A stretch of 53,288 bases of DNA, taken from a virus (lineage: Duplodnaviria > Caudoviricetes). Made by a program: the position numbers and the translations under genes. Numbering within the stretch: position 1 is the stretch's first letter; each line of letters begins with the position of its first letter. The DNA is taken from positions 1 through 53,288 of the IMG/VR virus record IMGVR_UViG_3300044499_000082. One strand, given 5' to 3'. The notes under the pieces were generated by a model. The model was given only the letters and a program-made list of their open reading frames with translations. It did not search any database and was not told the DNA's origin. Below, piece by piece: positions 9,203 through 16,936 of the stretch.

Positions 9203-9224
9203 GGGCGGACCTGCGTGTCCGCCC
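9199..9224 (+). repeat. GTAG-type REP element
   Basis: GTAG + GGGCGGAC-ctgcgt-GTCCGCCC; supplies the TAG stop of the XRE gene. Confidence 0.7.
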
Positions 9225-9254
9225 GTTCCGAGCGCGTTAATCTGCGGCCTCCCC

Positions 9255-9830
9255 ATGGCCAAGGGCCGGGCGCTGCGCCGCCGCGGCGAATACCACGTCT
9301 ACTGCGCCATGATGGAGGACCGGGCCTGGAACCGGTCGCTGACTGCTCTCTACGACACGCGATCTTATGAGGCCGGCCTCCAGGGCGCGCGGGATCTCGC
9401 CGCGCTCACGGAGAAATTCAAACGGAGACTTCAGGGCAGGCGTTACGAGCGCAACCTGATCCGGATCGCGTTGCTCGAACTCACCTGTCTGGATCGCCTG
9501 GACTGGCTGAGAGAATATCTGGATGTCTGGGAGCAATGGCGGCGCCGGCCGCTGGCGCTTTATTACCATCTCACGCGGCGGAACCGTCCGCGCATCGCCC
9601 CTTTCGTCCTTGGCGAAACGAAGGCGCATCTGTCGGCAGACGACGGTGGACGGCCGACGGTCGTCAGTCATCGGTCGTCGGTCGTTGAGGTGCATTTCCT
9701 CTATTTGACCTGGGCAAGAAAAGAATTGATCGAGGCAAAGCTCGGGAGGAATTTCCGTGGACACGCCAGGCAGGAAGATCTCACTGACGAAGAGATGCGG
9801 GAGAGGCTTTCGCGCCGCGCCGCCGGCTAG
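9255..9830 (+). CDS. Hypothetical protein containing an in-frame heptamer-palindrome segment (9639-9686)
   Basis: ATG 9255 within ORF 9000..9830. Confidence 0.6.
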   Translation: MAKGRALRRRGEYHVYCAMMEDRAWNRSLTALYDTRSYEAGLQGARDLAALTEKFKRRLQGRRYERNLIRIALLELTCLDRLDWLREYLDVWEQWRRRPLALYYHLTRRNRPRIAPFVLGETKAHLSADDGGRPTVVSHRSSVVEVHFLYLTWARKELIEAKLGRNFRGHARQEDLTDEEMRERLSRRAAG

Positions 9831-10117
9831 ACGGTCGGATGATCCGGGAACAAATACCCCTGCGCGAACAGCCCCTGCTCCAGCCCGCGCGCCCGCCGCG
9901 TATTGTAGAACCAGCCGTCGATATCGACAACACAATCCACCCGATCCTTGCGTTCACTATCGTAGACCATAGCTCTCAGATCGCCGAGCGTGATCGGGCG
10001 CAGCGCGAGGGAAATAGATTGGAGGCGGCGGGAAAGCTTGTCGCGAGTGTCGACGTACCAGATCTCCTTGGTGCGGGCGTCGTAGGCGCAGACCACGTAT
10101 AGTTTCGACTCGCTCAT
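9827..10117 (-). CDS. Hypothetical protein
   Basis: 96 aa ORF, AT-rich imperfect palindrome upstream (10120-10153). Confidence 0.6.
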   Translation of the reverse strand: MSESKLYVVCAYDARTKEIWYVDTRDKLSRRLQSISLALRPITLGDLRAMVYDSERKDRVDCVVDIDGWFYNTRRARGLEQGLFAQGYLFPDHPTV

Positions 10118-10225
10118 ATTTGACTTCTATATCACTCCGATATGGAATCGTCAAGCGACGCCGTGACGGCGTAGCCCGGAACGCAGCTATCAATAAGTGT
10201 CGATCTGATGGGACGGATTGGCGGA

Positions 10226-10456
10226 TCAGGGAAAAAACTTCATCAGCGCGAACAGCACGCCGACTTGAGCGATCAGCATGGTGGCGATGCGCCAGGTCAA
10301 ACGGATCTCCATATCCTTGAGATCGTTCTTCGTGGCGATATCGCCGCTCTCCAGTTCTTCGTTCAGAGCAATGACCATCTGATCGGCTTTCCCCGATTCC
10401 AGTCCAGTCTCGCGCCACTTCCGGGCGAGCTTCAGAGTATCGCGAATCATGGTCAT
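10226..10456 (-). CDS. DUF1640/CCDC90-like coiled-coil membrane-anchored protein
   Basis: DTLKLARK..ETG....A...IATKNDL..MEIRLT + C-terminal hydrophobic helix. Confidence 0.7.
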   Translation of the reverse strand: MTMIRDTLKLARKWRETGLESGKADQMVIALNEELESGDIATKNDLKDMEIRLTWRIATMLIAQVGVLFALMKFFP

Positions 10457-10566
10457 AAATTCCCCTTCAGTGTAAATTCGTTCCTACGACAATTCAAGGA
10501 TCAAGTCCACCGCGGCCGGCGCGCGATTGTGTATCCTATGGTGGACTTGTCTATTGCTTTCCTATA

Positions 10567-10922
10567 TGAAAACAGGCGTCATGCCGGTCGATCAGAGCGT
10601 GCTCATCTCGCTGCAGCATAAGAAGCGCCAGGGACGCGCGCTCAAGATCGTGAAGTCGTGCAGCTTGCCCGTGCGCGGCTTCGCGCTGGACGAAGTCTTC
10701 GACCGCCTTCAGCAAACCTTCGAAGCCGAACTGCACAATCGCGCCGCTGCCGGGATCTATGAGCGGCCGAAGGAGCAGGTTCTCGCCCAGGTCCAGCACT
10801 TCACTCGCAACGGCGCCGCCGGCACGCTCAAATATGCCGGCTCGCACTCGATGACGATCGCTCATATCGACCTCGCCAAAGCGCTCAAGCGGATCAAAGC
10901 CGCGTTCGGCGCGGGGAAATAA
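10567..10922 (+). CDS. Hypothetical protein with tandem duplicated domain
   Basis: Two similar halves (VLISLQH...CSLPV..FALDEVFDRL / VLAQVQH...HSMTI.HIDLAKALKRI). Confidence 0.6.
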
Positions 10923-10929
10923 CCGGCGA

Positions 10930-12141
10930 TTAATTATCGCCTTCGCGCGCATCCTTCACCACATCCGGCAGCGCCAGGAATTCCATCCCTTCGATCTCCT
11001 GGAGCGTCTTGCCGGCGATCCCCTGCAGGTCGCCGTACATGCCGACGGTCGCCATCATCACCCGGTCAATCTGCTCGTCGCGCTTGGCCCATTGCTTCAT
11101 GATCGCTTTCCGCTCGCGGTCGAGATCCTCCTTCATCGAGGTGAACGCCTCGACGATCGCCTGCACGCGCTGGCGAAAGCGCGGGCCGGTGAGATAGCCG
11201 TAGACCATTTCCATTTTCGTCTGTTGGCCTTCGGACGATTGCCGCGCGGCGGCAAGCTCGATGAGGCTCTGGCGCAATGTCATAGCCACGGCCAGGGCGG
11301 TGCGCGAATGGGTCACATAAACGCCGTCGATCAGATCGAACGTGTCTATTTCCTTCGGCAACGCCTGGCTGACAATGACCGCGATCTCCGCCTTCGCCGC
11401 GCGTTGATCGGCGCGGAGCTTGGGCAGCCAGTCGTCATTCCAGTGCTTGGTCCGTTTGGACTCCCAGACGATCGTGCCGCAGGCCTGGCCGAAGGGGCCC
11501 ATCACGCGCTGCGAGATGTCGGCGCCGAACTCTCCCTTACCCACCGGTGTGATCTCATCCTGGGGAAAGCGCGCGCGCAGCGTAGCTTCCAGTTCCAGTT
11601 CCTGGACTTCACCCTGGAGCTGCTGGGATCCCTGTTCCGCGCGGCGCTTCAAGTCCTCGATCTGGCTTTGCATGGCCGTGATCGTGTGCTCTTTTTCCAG
11701 GACCTTGAGCTTCATCTCCTCCTCGGCGTCCCGTTTCGCCCGGTCGCGCGCTGCGCCGATATCCGACTGCACCCGTTTTTCGATCGTTAGCTCCAGCTCG
11801 CGGCGGGCATCATCGAGATCGCGCTCCTTGCGCAGCATCTCGGCCTGCTGTTTCTGCGCTTCGGCGAGCTTGGCCTCCCGCTCCTGAAGGAGCCGGCGGA
11901 GTTCGGCGGCATCTTGTTTTTGCCGCTGGAGATCATCGTCGACTATTTGTCTGGCTCTGGCGCCGGCCTCGGCCTCGATCCTCTTGGTCTCTTGCTCGAG
12001 CTTGCGCGCGGCCTCCTGGTCTTTTTGCTGCATGCGCGATTCGAAATCGCGCCGCACGGCATCGATCATCGGCGCGGCGAGGGACTCTGTCAGTTTGATT
12101 TCCGTCTTGCATTTCGGACAGACGATCGTCGGTTCAGCCAT
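10930..12141 (-). CDS. DUF2130 domain protein (Zn ribbon, coiled coil, PD-(D/E)XK-like C-terminal domain)
   Basis: IVCPKC, GSQQLQGEVQELELE...FP.D...V.KG..GAD...IVWESKRTK.W...WL.KL. Confidence 0.88.
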   Translation of the reverse strand: MAEPTIVCPKCKTEIKLTESLAAPMIDAVRRDFESRMQQKDQEAARKLEQETKRIEAEAGARARQIVDDDLQRQKQDAAELRRLLQEREAKLAEAQKQQAEMLRKERDLDDARRELELTIEKRVQSDIGAARDRAKRDAEEEMKLKVLEKEHTITAMQSQIEDLKRRAEQGSQQLQGEVQELELEATLRARFPQDEITPVGKGEFGADISQRVMGPFGQACGTIVWESKRTKHWNDDWLPKLRADQRAAKAEIAVIVSQALPKEIDTFDLIDGVYVTHSRTALAVAMTLRQSLIELAAARQSSEGQQTKMEMVYGYLTGPRFRQRVQAIVEAFTSMKEDLDRERKAIMKQWAKRDEQIDRVMMATVGMYGDLQGIAGKTLQEIEGMEFLALPDVVKDAREGDN

Positions 12142-12247
12142 GTCAATTTCTCCTTTTCGCGTTGGGAATGTTTATTGCGCTAACTCCCCGGTCCGGAGTC
12201 CGGACCGGGCCGGGGATGCGGGATCTCAGGAGCGGCCGGGAGGCGCC

Positions 12248-12271
12248 GGGCACAATGAATTGCGCCCTTAC
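12248..12271 (-). repeat. REP-like element (GTAA variant)
   Basis: Minus strand GTAA GGGCGCAAT-TC-ATTGTGCCC. Confidence 0.55.
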
Positions 12272-12332
12272 CGTGGGCCTGACACGAAGCGCGTGCCCCG
12301 CGGCCGCGTCCATGATCCCTGGCAAATGGTAA

Positions 12333-12431
12333 CTAGCCGTCGCAGATCTCGATCAGCGCATAGAGCAAGACGCCAAAGCTAATGAAGATCCCGATTGCCT
12401 GCATCAGTCCTGTTGGATCAACGTAGATCAT
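12333..12431 (-). CDS. 32-aa single-TM peptide (not in ORF track)
   Basis: AAGGAG RBS; MIYVDPTGLMQAIGIFISFGVLLYALIEICDG. Confidence 0.6.
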   Translation of the reverse strand: MIYVDPTGLMQAIGIFISFGVLLYALIEICDG

Positions 12432-12445
12432 GTTCGTTCTCCTTT

Positions 12446-12682
12446 TCACGCGGCATTCTTGGCCGCTTCCTCGATCCTCGCCAGCGCGCTGAGCGCGTCG
12501 CTGAGCACGTCCTCGGCCAGGCGCAGATGATCGAGCTGGGTCTTGAGCGCGACGAGCTCATGATAGGCGGCCACGGTCGGCCCGCCTTTGAGCAGCTCGC
12601 GCTTGCAGCGCTCCATCGATGCGCGCCGCGTCTCGATAGCTGCGATCAGTTGTTCGAGACCGTCCGCAATGTCCGGCGTCAT
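12446..12682 (-). CDS. Small helical hypothetical protein
   Basis: AAGGAGG RBS, ATG 12682, ATGA coupling. Confidence 0.65.
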   Translation of the reverse strand: MTPDIADGLEQLIAAIETRRASMERCKRELLKGGPTVAAYHELVALKTQLDHLRLAEDVLSDALSALARIEEAAKNAA

Positions 12683-12888
12683 GATGCCTCCTTGCCCCGT
12701 GGAGTTGAGGCCCATACTCCATGGGGCGCGCCCGGTTGCAAAGAAGCGAAGGGATCGAGCACGACGATCAAACCGGCGGGCTTCTTCGTCTCGATCAATC
12801 TCAACAGATACTCGGCGCAGGCCTTCTCGGCCGCGCGCTTGAGCGACTCGATCTTCTTCAGTTCGGCTAACGTGTTTTCCATGATCAT
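12679..12888 (-). CDS. Small hypothetical protein
   Basis: AAGGGG RBS; C-terminus contains palindrome 12694-12727. Confidence 0.55.
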   Translation of the reverse strand: MIMENTLAELKKIESLKRAAEKACAEYLLRLIETKKPAGLIVVLDPFASLQPGAPHGVWASTPRGKEAS

Positions 12889-12907
12889 TCCCCTTTTAAT
12901 TTTTTCG

Positions 12908-13138
12908 TTAAGCAGCAATTTCGGCTTCCGCGTTGTAGTCGGCGACGTAGAGTGTGTGGCCCTGGCCGGCGCGGGCGCAGTGGTCGTACTCGGACGCGCG
13001 CGCGTGGTACCAGTCGTCGCCGATCCAGACGATCTCGCCGTCGCAGATCCCGCAGGTCGGGATCTTCAAGACCGCCGCGGCCCCGTACACGTGGATTTCG
13101 TGAGCGGCTTGATTCTGGTTTCTGGTTTTCGTTTTCAT
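12908..13138 (-). CDS. Small Cys/His hypothetical protein
   Basis: AAGGAG RBS; CGIC...W.H......HC motif. Confidence 0.65.
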   Translation of the reverse strand: MKTKTRNQNQAAHEIHVYGAAAVLKIPTCGICDGEIVWIGDDWYHARASEYDHCARAGQGHTLYVADYNAEAEIAA

Positions 13139-13153
13139 CTGGTTTCTCCTTTG

Positions 13154-13172
13154 TGTAGGTCAATGACCTACA
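13154..13172. promoter_or_regulatory. Palindromic operator O2
   Basis: TGTAGGTCA-A-TGACCTACA. Confidence 0.8.
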
Positions 13173-13194
13173 GTTGAGACAAAAAATTTTCAGC

Positions 13195-13368
13195 CTACTT
13201 ATTTTCGCGTTCGATTTCTCTGAGCGCGAGATCTAAGAATTCTGGGATGCGGCGCTTATCACGTTCCCAGTTGCTCACTGTCATCACATCAACCTTCAAT
13301 CGTTTCGCCAATTCCGCCTGAGTCATTTCCAGTTTCTCCCGCCACCTCTTCAACTCCTCTCCAACCAT
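13195..13368 (-). CDS. Small XRE HTH repressor (57 aa), probably leaderless
   Basis: ELKRWREKLEMTQAELAKRLKVDVMTVSNWE; ATG 7 nt after the -10 box. Confidence 0.9.
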   Translation of the reverse strand: MVGEELKRWREKLEMTQAELAKRLKVDVMTVSNWERDKRRIPEFLDLALREIERENK

Positions 13369-13374
13369 GACGCT

Positions 13375-13403
13375 AATATAGGTCATTGACCTATAAGAGT
13401 CAA
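13375..13403 (-). promoter_or_regulatory. Near-consensus sigma70 promoter with embedded operator O1
   Basis: TTGACT-17 nt-TATATT; palindrome TATAGGTCA-T-TGACCTATA at 13377-13395. Confidence 0.85.
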
Positions 13404-13617
13404 CCCCCCTGCAATCTATTTTCGATAATTCTTTTACCGGGCGGGCCCCTCGGCCCATCCCCCGCCAGATAGGGGGTCCTGCTGGCCGGGATAGGGGCGC
13501 CCTGGCCTTTATCGGCCTCGGTCAAGGGGACGGTAGCCGTATCCCGCAGGCACCGAATCAGGCCATCCAGGGAAGTTTATCGCGCCCCGTGGAGTAACGG
13601 GCCTGTACTCCACAGGG

Positions 13618-14643
13618 TCAGTTTTGGGAATCGAGGCTAGGCGTAGGAGAGGGGCCGGAACGAGAAATCCGAGGCCTTTGCAGCCATGCGAAAGGATTGG
13701 GCGTCCCCGTCCGGTTCCCGCAGTTCGCGCAGGCTGGCTCAGTCGTCAGCACCCTGATGAAAAACCTTTTATCGACGTGGCGGACATATACTTCGTCCGG
13801 GTTTGCCCTGATGAAATCGCGGAGATCTAGCGGATCGATATAATAGTAGTCCCCATTCTGCCCGCCGTGCCGGCCCGTCTCCCGGCGCGAGGCGCGAAGC
13901 TTTCCCGATTGTATCCAGCGGACAACTTTGTGATCGTCGACGCCCAGGCCGATGGCGACGCCCCGCGCCGTGTAACCGGCGCCGCTTTTGCTGATCTTCA
14001 GACGCTTGGCCTTCAGCACCACGGCGCAGCGCGTGCGCTTCAGCTTTAATGCGATCCACTCCAGCGATCGGTGTGGCAGCCAGTCCGTGAGCAACTTCTT
14101 TTCTCTATTTGACCACTCCCGTTCCTTGGTCCGCGCCAGGCCCATCAAGTGCGCCCGCCTGGTAATATTCCAACGCGGATATCCGATCGTCTTCACCAGT
14201 TCGTCGATGCGCTTGGGCTGCCCATTGTACCGATCGCGCAGGAGTTGTTCTTGCTCCGGGGTCCATGGATATTTACAGTGGCGGGCCGTCCGATAGAGCT
14301 TCAGTTGCGCAAATTTTTGAGAAACGCTCGAAAGTGAGCGCCCGATAGCGCCGGCGATTTCCGCGTTCGATTTCCCCTCTTCGAACATTTCCCGCAGCGT
14401 GATCTCTTCTCCCCGCGTCCAAAACCGTCGATTATTTTGCGGCAGCGATAAGAGGGCGCGGGCCTCCGGTCGCTTCTGGCATCCCAGGCAAAGCCGGGGC
14501 TTGCCCGGTTCCAGGAGCATCGTGCAGAGTTTGCACGGATGGATCGATGGGACCGCCCGGAGAATCCAGGGGATGGACGTAGGGGCGCGATTAATCGCGC
14601 CCGTTCTGATTCCTGAGTGCCCAGTCACAGCGGCATTCTTCAT
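13618..14643 (-). CDS. Multi-HTH DNA-binding protein (Myb/SANT-like repeats + excisionase-like HTH)
   Basis: Three W(T/S)xxE...L repeats; C-terminal VAIGLGVDDHKVVRWIQSGKL; CxxC motifs; start 14643 by ATGA coupling. Confidence 0.75.
   Translation of the reverse strand: MKNAAVTGHSGIRTGAINRAPTSIPWILRAVPSIHPCKLCTMLLEPGKPRLCLGCQKRPEARALLSLPQNNRRFWTRGEEITLREMFEEGKSNAEIAGAIGRSLSSVSQKFAQLKLYRTARHCKYPWTPEQEQLLRDRYNGQPKRIDELVKTIGYPRWNITRRAHLMGLARTKEREWSNREKKLLTDWLPHRSLEWIALKLKRTRCAVVLKAKRLKISKSGAGYTARGVAIGLGVDDHKVVRWIQSGKLRASRRETGRHGGQNGDYYYIDPLDLRDFIRANPDEVYVRHVDKRFFIRVLTTEPACANCGNRTGTPNPFAWLQRPRISRSGPSPTPSLDSQN
14579..14602 (+). repeat. GTAG-type REP element inside a CDS
   Basis: GTAG + perfect palindrome GGGCGCGATTAATCGCGCCC; reads GAINRAPT on the coding strand. 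Confidence 0.75.
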
Positions 14644-15320
14644 CGCGGCAATTCCCATCTCCACCACTCCGCCTCGTCGCAACCCCGGCAAAGCGGAAGC
14701 AGACGCCCGCCCCTCTCACTGCCAAATCCCGCGACTCCGGTATAAATCGCGCTCGGTCCGCACGGCTCTTGTCTCGCGGGTCCATCGCGCCACAGCGAAA
14801 TCGATGCGGGCATTTCCTTGAGGTGATGGAGTTCAGCTTCGATTTCTGCCGCAGTCATCGCCAAAGAAAACCCCAGCGCGTGAGCACATTCGTGGAGCGC
14901 AATGCGATTAGAGTCGAGCAGATAGATTTCGCCGATCCGATTTCCGGGGACCCATTTAACGCAGCCGTCATAGCCTGCGCACGCGGCGCGGACAATCTCT
15001 GGTCGATCGTCAACATTCCAGAGCCAAACATGGCCTGTTTCAGTGACCCAGACGCCTTGACGCGGGTTGCCGGTGCGGATCTCCGGCACGCCGCCGGGCA
15101 CAAAGATCGGGATCGGCACGATGCAGCCGCTAAAGATAGTGAGTAGCAAGAAGTAAGGAGTAAGGAGCGAAAAAATCCGGGAACCCTTTACCCCTAATTT
15201 CTTATTTTTCAATCCTAACTTGTTAAAGCCAGTCGCTTGTTTTCGGCAGCTCAAATGCCGTCCCGACGAGACGCAAGCCGTGCGGCGTTTTCTTTTCCGT
15301 TTGATCATTGGCTCGTTCAT
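14640..15320 (-). CDS. Putative lipoprotein with zincin HExxH motif
   Basis: Hydrophobic stretch ending FSGC; IALHECAHALG. Confidence 0.6.
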   Translation of the reverse strand: MNEPMIKRKRKRRTACVSSGRHLSCRKQATGFNKLGLKNKKLGVKGSRIFSLLTPYFLLLTIFSGCIVPIPIFVPGGVPEIRTGNPRQGVWVTETGHVWLWNVDDRPEIVRAACAGYDGCVKWVPGNRIGEIYLLDSNRIALHECAHALGFSLAMTAAEIEAELHHLKEMPASISLWRDGPARQEPCGPSAIYTGVAGFGSERGGRLLPLCRGCDEAEWWRWELPR

Positions 15321-16102
15321 ACCTCCAGCCCGTCGACGTCCTGGCGGTGCGCTGAGAATTTCTCCCGCCTCGTGACATTGGTCACTACCAAGCGCGTGAT
15401 GCCGCCGACCTTTTTTTCCTCGATATAATCGCCCCACTTTTGCTTCAGGTGGCGGCGATCGCGGGCCCATAGCGCTTTGTCCGGCGCCGTCGAGCTGGCC
15501 GGCGCGCCTGTCCGCAGCCCCGCCGGCGCGCGGCGCTCGAAGACGAAGCGCGTGTCCTGCCAGACGATGCGGTCCTTCAGCAGCGCCTGGAGATTGAGAT
15601 CCGTTGCCACAGCGTGATTGAGCGCCGGATCCGGGAGGACCTTGCGACCGACAAAGCCGACGGCGCCGCCAGCAACCTTCATCATGCCGAACGGATCATA
15701 GGGCGTGAAGTGCACGATGTTGGAGCTGGCGGCGAAAGAAAAAAGACTCGCGCCGATGCCTTCCGCGATCGCCGCGGCGTTAAGCAGAATGCGCCGGATC
15801 GCCTCCGGATCCGCGATCGCGCGCGGCCGGCGGCCCACAAGGCACAGCGCTCGGAAGACGTCTTCCTCCAGGATGACAATGCATTGCTGCTTGTAATGCT
15901 CGATTATCCAGCGGCGGAGTGCGCCGGCGGCGGTGATCTCGTTGGGATAGGTAATGACGGCCTTGCCGAACGGCGCATAGCGCGATTTTACGCTGGCCGG
16001 CACACAAATATCGGTGAAGGGGCGGACGAGCTTATAGGCGTCGCGAGCGGCGGATGGCGATCGCCCGCCGGCAATCACGACGCGGAGATCCTTGTCCTTC
16101 AT
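15317..16102 (-). CDS. TET-associated/GREB1-like GT-A glycosyltransferase homolog (degenerate motifs)
   Basis: RRWIIEH...IVILEED (DDD position), D.NLQAL...R, LKQKWG; coupled to ParB gene. Confidence 0.65.
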   Translation of the reverse strand: MKDKDLRVVIAGGRSPSAARDAYKLVRPFTDICVPASVKSRYAPFGKAVITYPNEITAAGALRRWIIEHYKQQCIVILEEDVFRALCLVGRRPRAIADPEAIRRILLNAAAIAEGIGASLFSFAASSNIVHFTPYDPFGMMKVAGGAVGFVGRKVLPDPALNHAVATDLNLQALLKDRIVWQDTRFVFERRAPAGLRTGAPASSTAPDKALWARDRRHLKQKWGDYIEEKKVGGITRLVVTNVTRREKFSAHRQDVDGLEV

Positions 16103-16791
16103 GGCTGAGCTTTTTTGGCCGCGCGCGCCGCGCTATTGGCGGCCCGCAGGCGGCGGAGATAGCCGGCGCCGTCGATCACACGGCCCAGACCGATCGTCTT
16201 TTTGCCGACGTAACCGGGCACTTTGGTTTCGGCCAGGCCGAAATGCTCAGCCGCGGCTTCAAACTCGCGCGCGTCTTTGAAAAACAGGACAAAATAATTA
16301 TAGGACTCAAACGGCAGCAGCTCCATTTCCGGCGGGCCGATTCCTTCTTCCAGTTCGAGCTCCTCGTCATCCGCTCCGCCGGCTAGATCGATTTCTTGAT
16401 TGAGCGGCGCCATGTCGAGGCCGTCGTAGAGATCGGGCATCCCTTGCTCGATCTCGCGCAGCAGCGCGGCGAGTCCCACATCATCCCACTTCCCGGCGAC
16501 GTGGGGATTGTTGAGAGTGATGTTGAGGGCCTTCTCCCGGTCCGCCGGCAGATCGACGACGACGCAAGGAGCACTCTTCTCGCCGTCGGCCTTGAGGATG
16601 TCCAGCCGGGTATGACCGGCGACGAGATTGCCGGTCCGCTTGTTCCAGACCGGCAGCTCTACCAGACTGAATTCGTGGATCGAGTTTTTGATCGTCTGGT
16701 ATTCGTGATCGGCAGGGGTTAAGCGCTGGCGCGGATTGTAGGGCGCGGGATTGATCTTCGAGAACTGGATCTCCTGGATGGTTGGCTTCAT
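16099..16791 (-). CDS. ParB N-terminal (ParB/Srx) domain protein
   Basis: INPAPYNPR...SIHEF....PVWNKRTGNLVAGHTRL...EKALNITLN....GKWD. Confidence 0.88.
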   Translation of the reverse strand: MKPTIQEIQFSKINPAPYNPRQRLTPADHEYQTIKNSIHEFSLVELPVWNKRTGNLVAGHTRLDILKADGEKSAPCVVVDLPADREKALNITLNNPHVAGKWDDVGLAALLREIEQGMPDLYDGLDMAPLNQEIDLAGGADDEELELEEGIGPPEMELLPFESYNYFVLFFKDAREFEAAAEHFGLAETKVPGYVGKKTIGLGRVIDGAGYLRRLRAANSAARAAKKAQP

Positions 16792-16936
16792 GAAAGCGTC
16801 TCCTTACGAAATCACTTCGTAAGGCATTACCACACAGGAAACGGAAAAAGCAATGCTCGCGGCCACAGTGGGGTGAAGCCGCAATGGGTGCAATAAAATC
16901 CATCCGCGATCGGATGACCGCAGCGCAGGCAGGTCG

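Noticed and set aside
13430-13583. GC-rich non-coding stretch as an ncRNA
   Set aside because: No recognisable family or convincing fold by eye; needs a covariance search
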